Source: Kondoa subrosea (lineage: Eukaryota). Taken from it: a DNA stretch of 64,000 nt. Shown here piece after piece: positions 63,925 to 64,000 of the stretch (its first letter is position 1; each line of letters opens with the position of its first letter). Position numbers and translations under genes: made by a program. The stretch spans positions 391,804-455,803 of the forward strand of contig BCIN01000010.1 in NCBI GenBank assembly GCA_039545335.1. The letters run 5' to 3'. The notes beneath the pieces were generated by a model. The model saw nothing but the letters and a program-made list of their open reading frames with translations, did no database searches and had not been told where the DNA came from.

Positions 63925-64000
63925 TTTTGCTTGATTACTCGCTAATTACTCGCTAACAATGGGTATGAGAGCCAGCGAGGGTAGGCAAAGACTTGTGTCA

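Noticed and set aside
63934..63955. 11-bp tandem duplication ATTACTCGCTA x2 just upstream of RPC53
   Set aside because: Only two copies, not seen elsewhere in the window, and no support for function.

Overview
Intron-rich, very compact fungal genomic DNA, most likely a basidiomycete (inference: possibly Pucciniomycotina). About 33 protein-coding genes are packed with spacers often under 150 bp, mostly recognisable housekeeping genes (GPI12, SVF1, TLG1, DPP4/STE13-like, QNS1, MsrB, TIM44, VPS37, FMP40/SelO, a kinesin, VCX1, GAD1, RRP36, HSE1, ZWF1, ADI1, PGM, a TGL-like patatin lipase, GET4, a CE4 deacetylase, verprolin, COQ3, RPC53). Two RNA genes are readable from the sequence: an SRP RNA with a non-canonical helix 8 (about 34.0-34.3 kb, minus strand) and an intron-containing tRNA-Ala(UGC). 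The one clearly anomalous region is 43.5-49.4 kb. There, two ~0.6-kb inverted arms ending in the 5' part of the tRNA-Ala flank a tandem array of tRNA 3' ends and a decayed, intron-retaining 5' half of DNA polymerase alpha, and both duplications break at the same point in the tRNA. All calls come from motif recognition by eye with no database search, so multi-exon gene boundaries are approximate.
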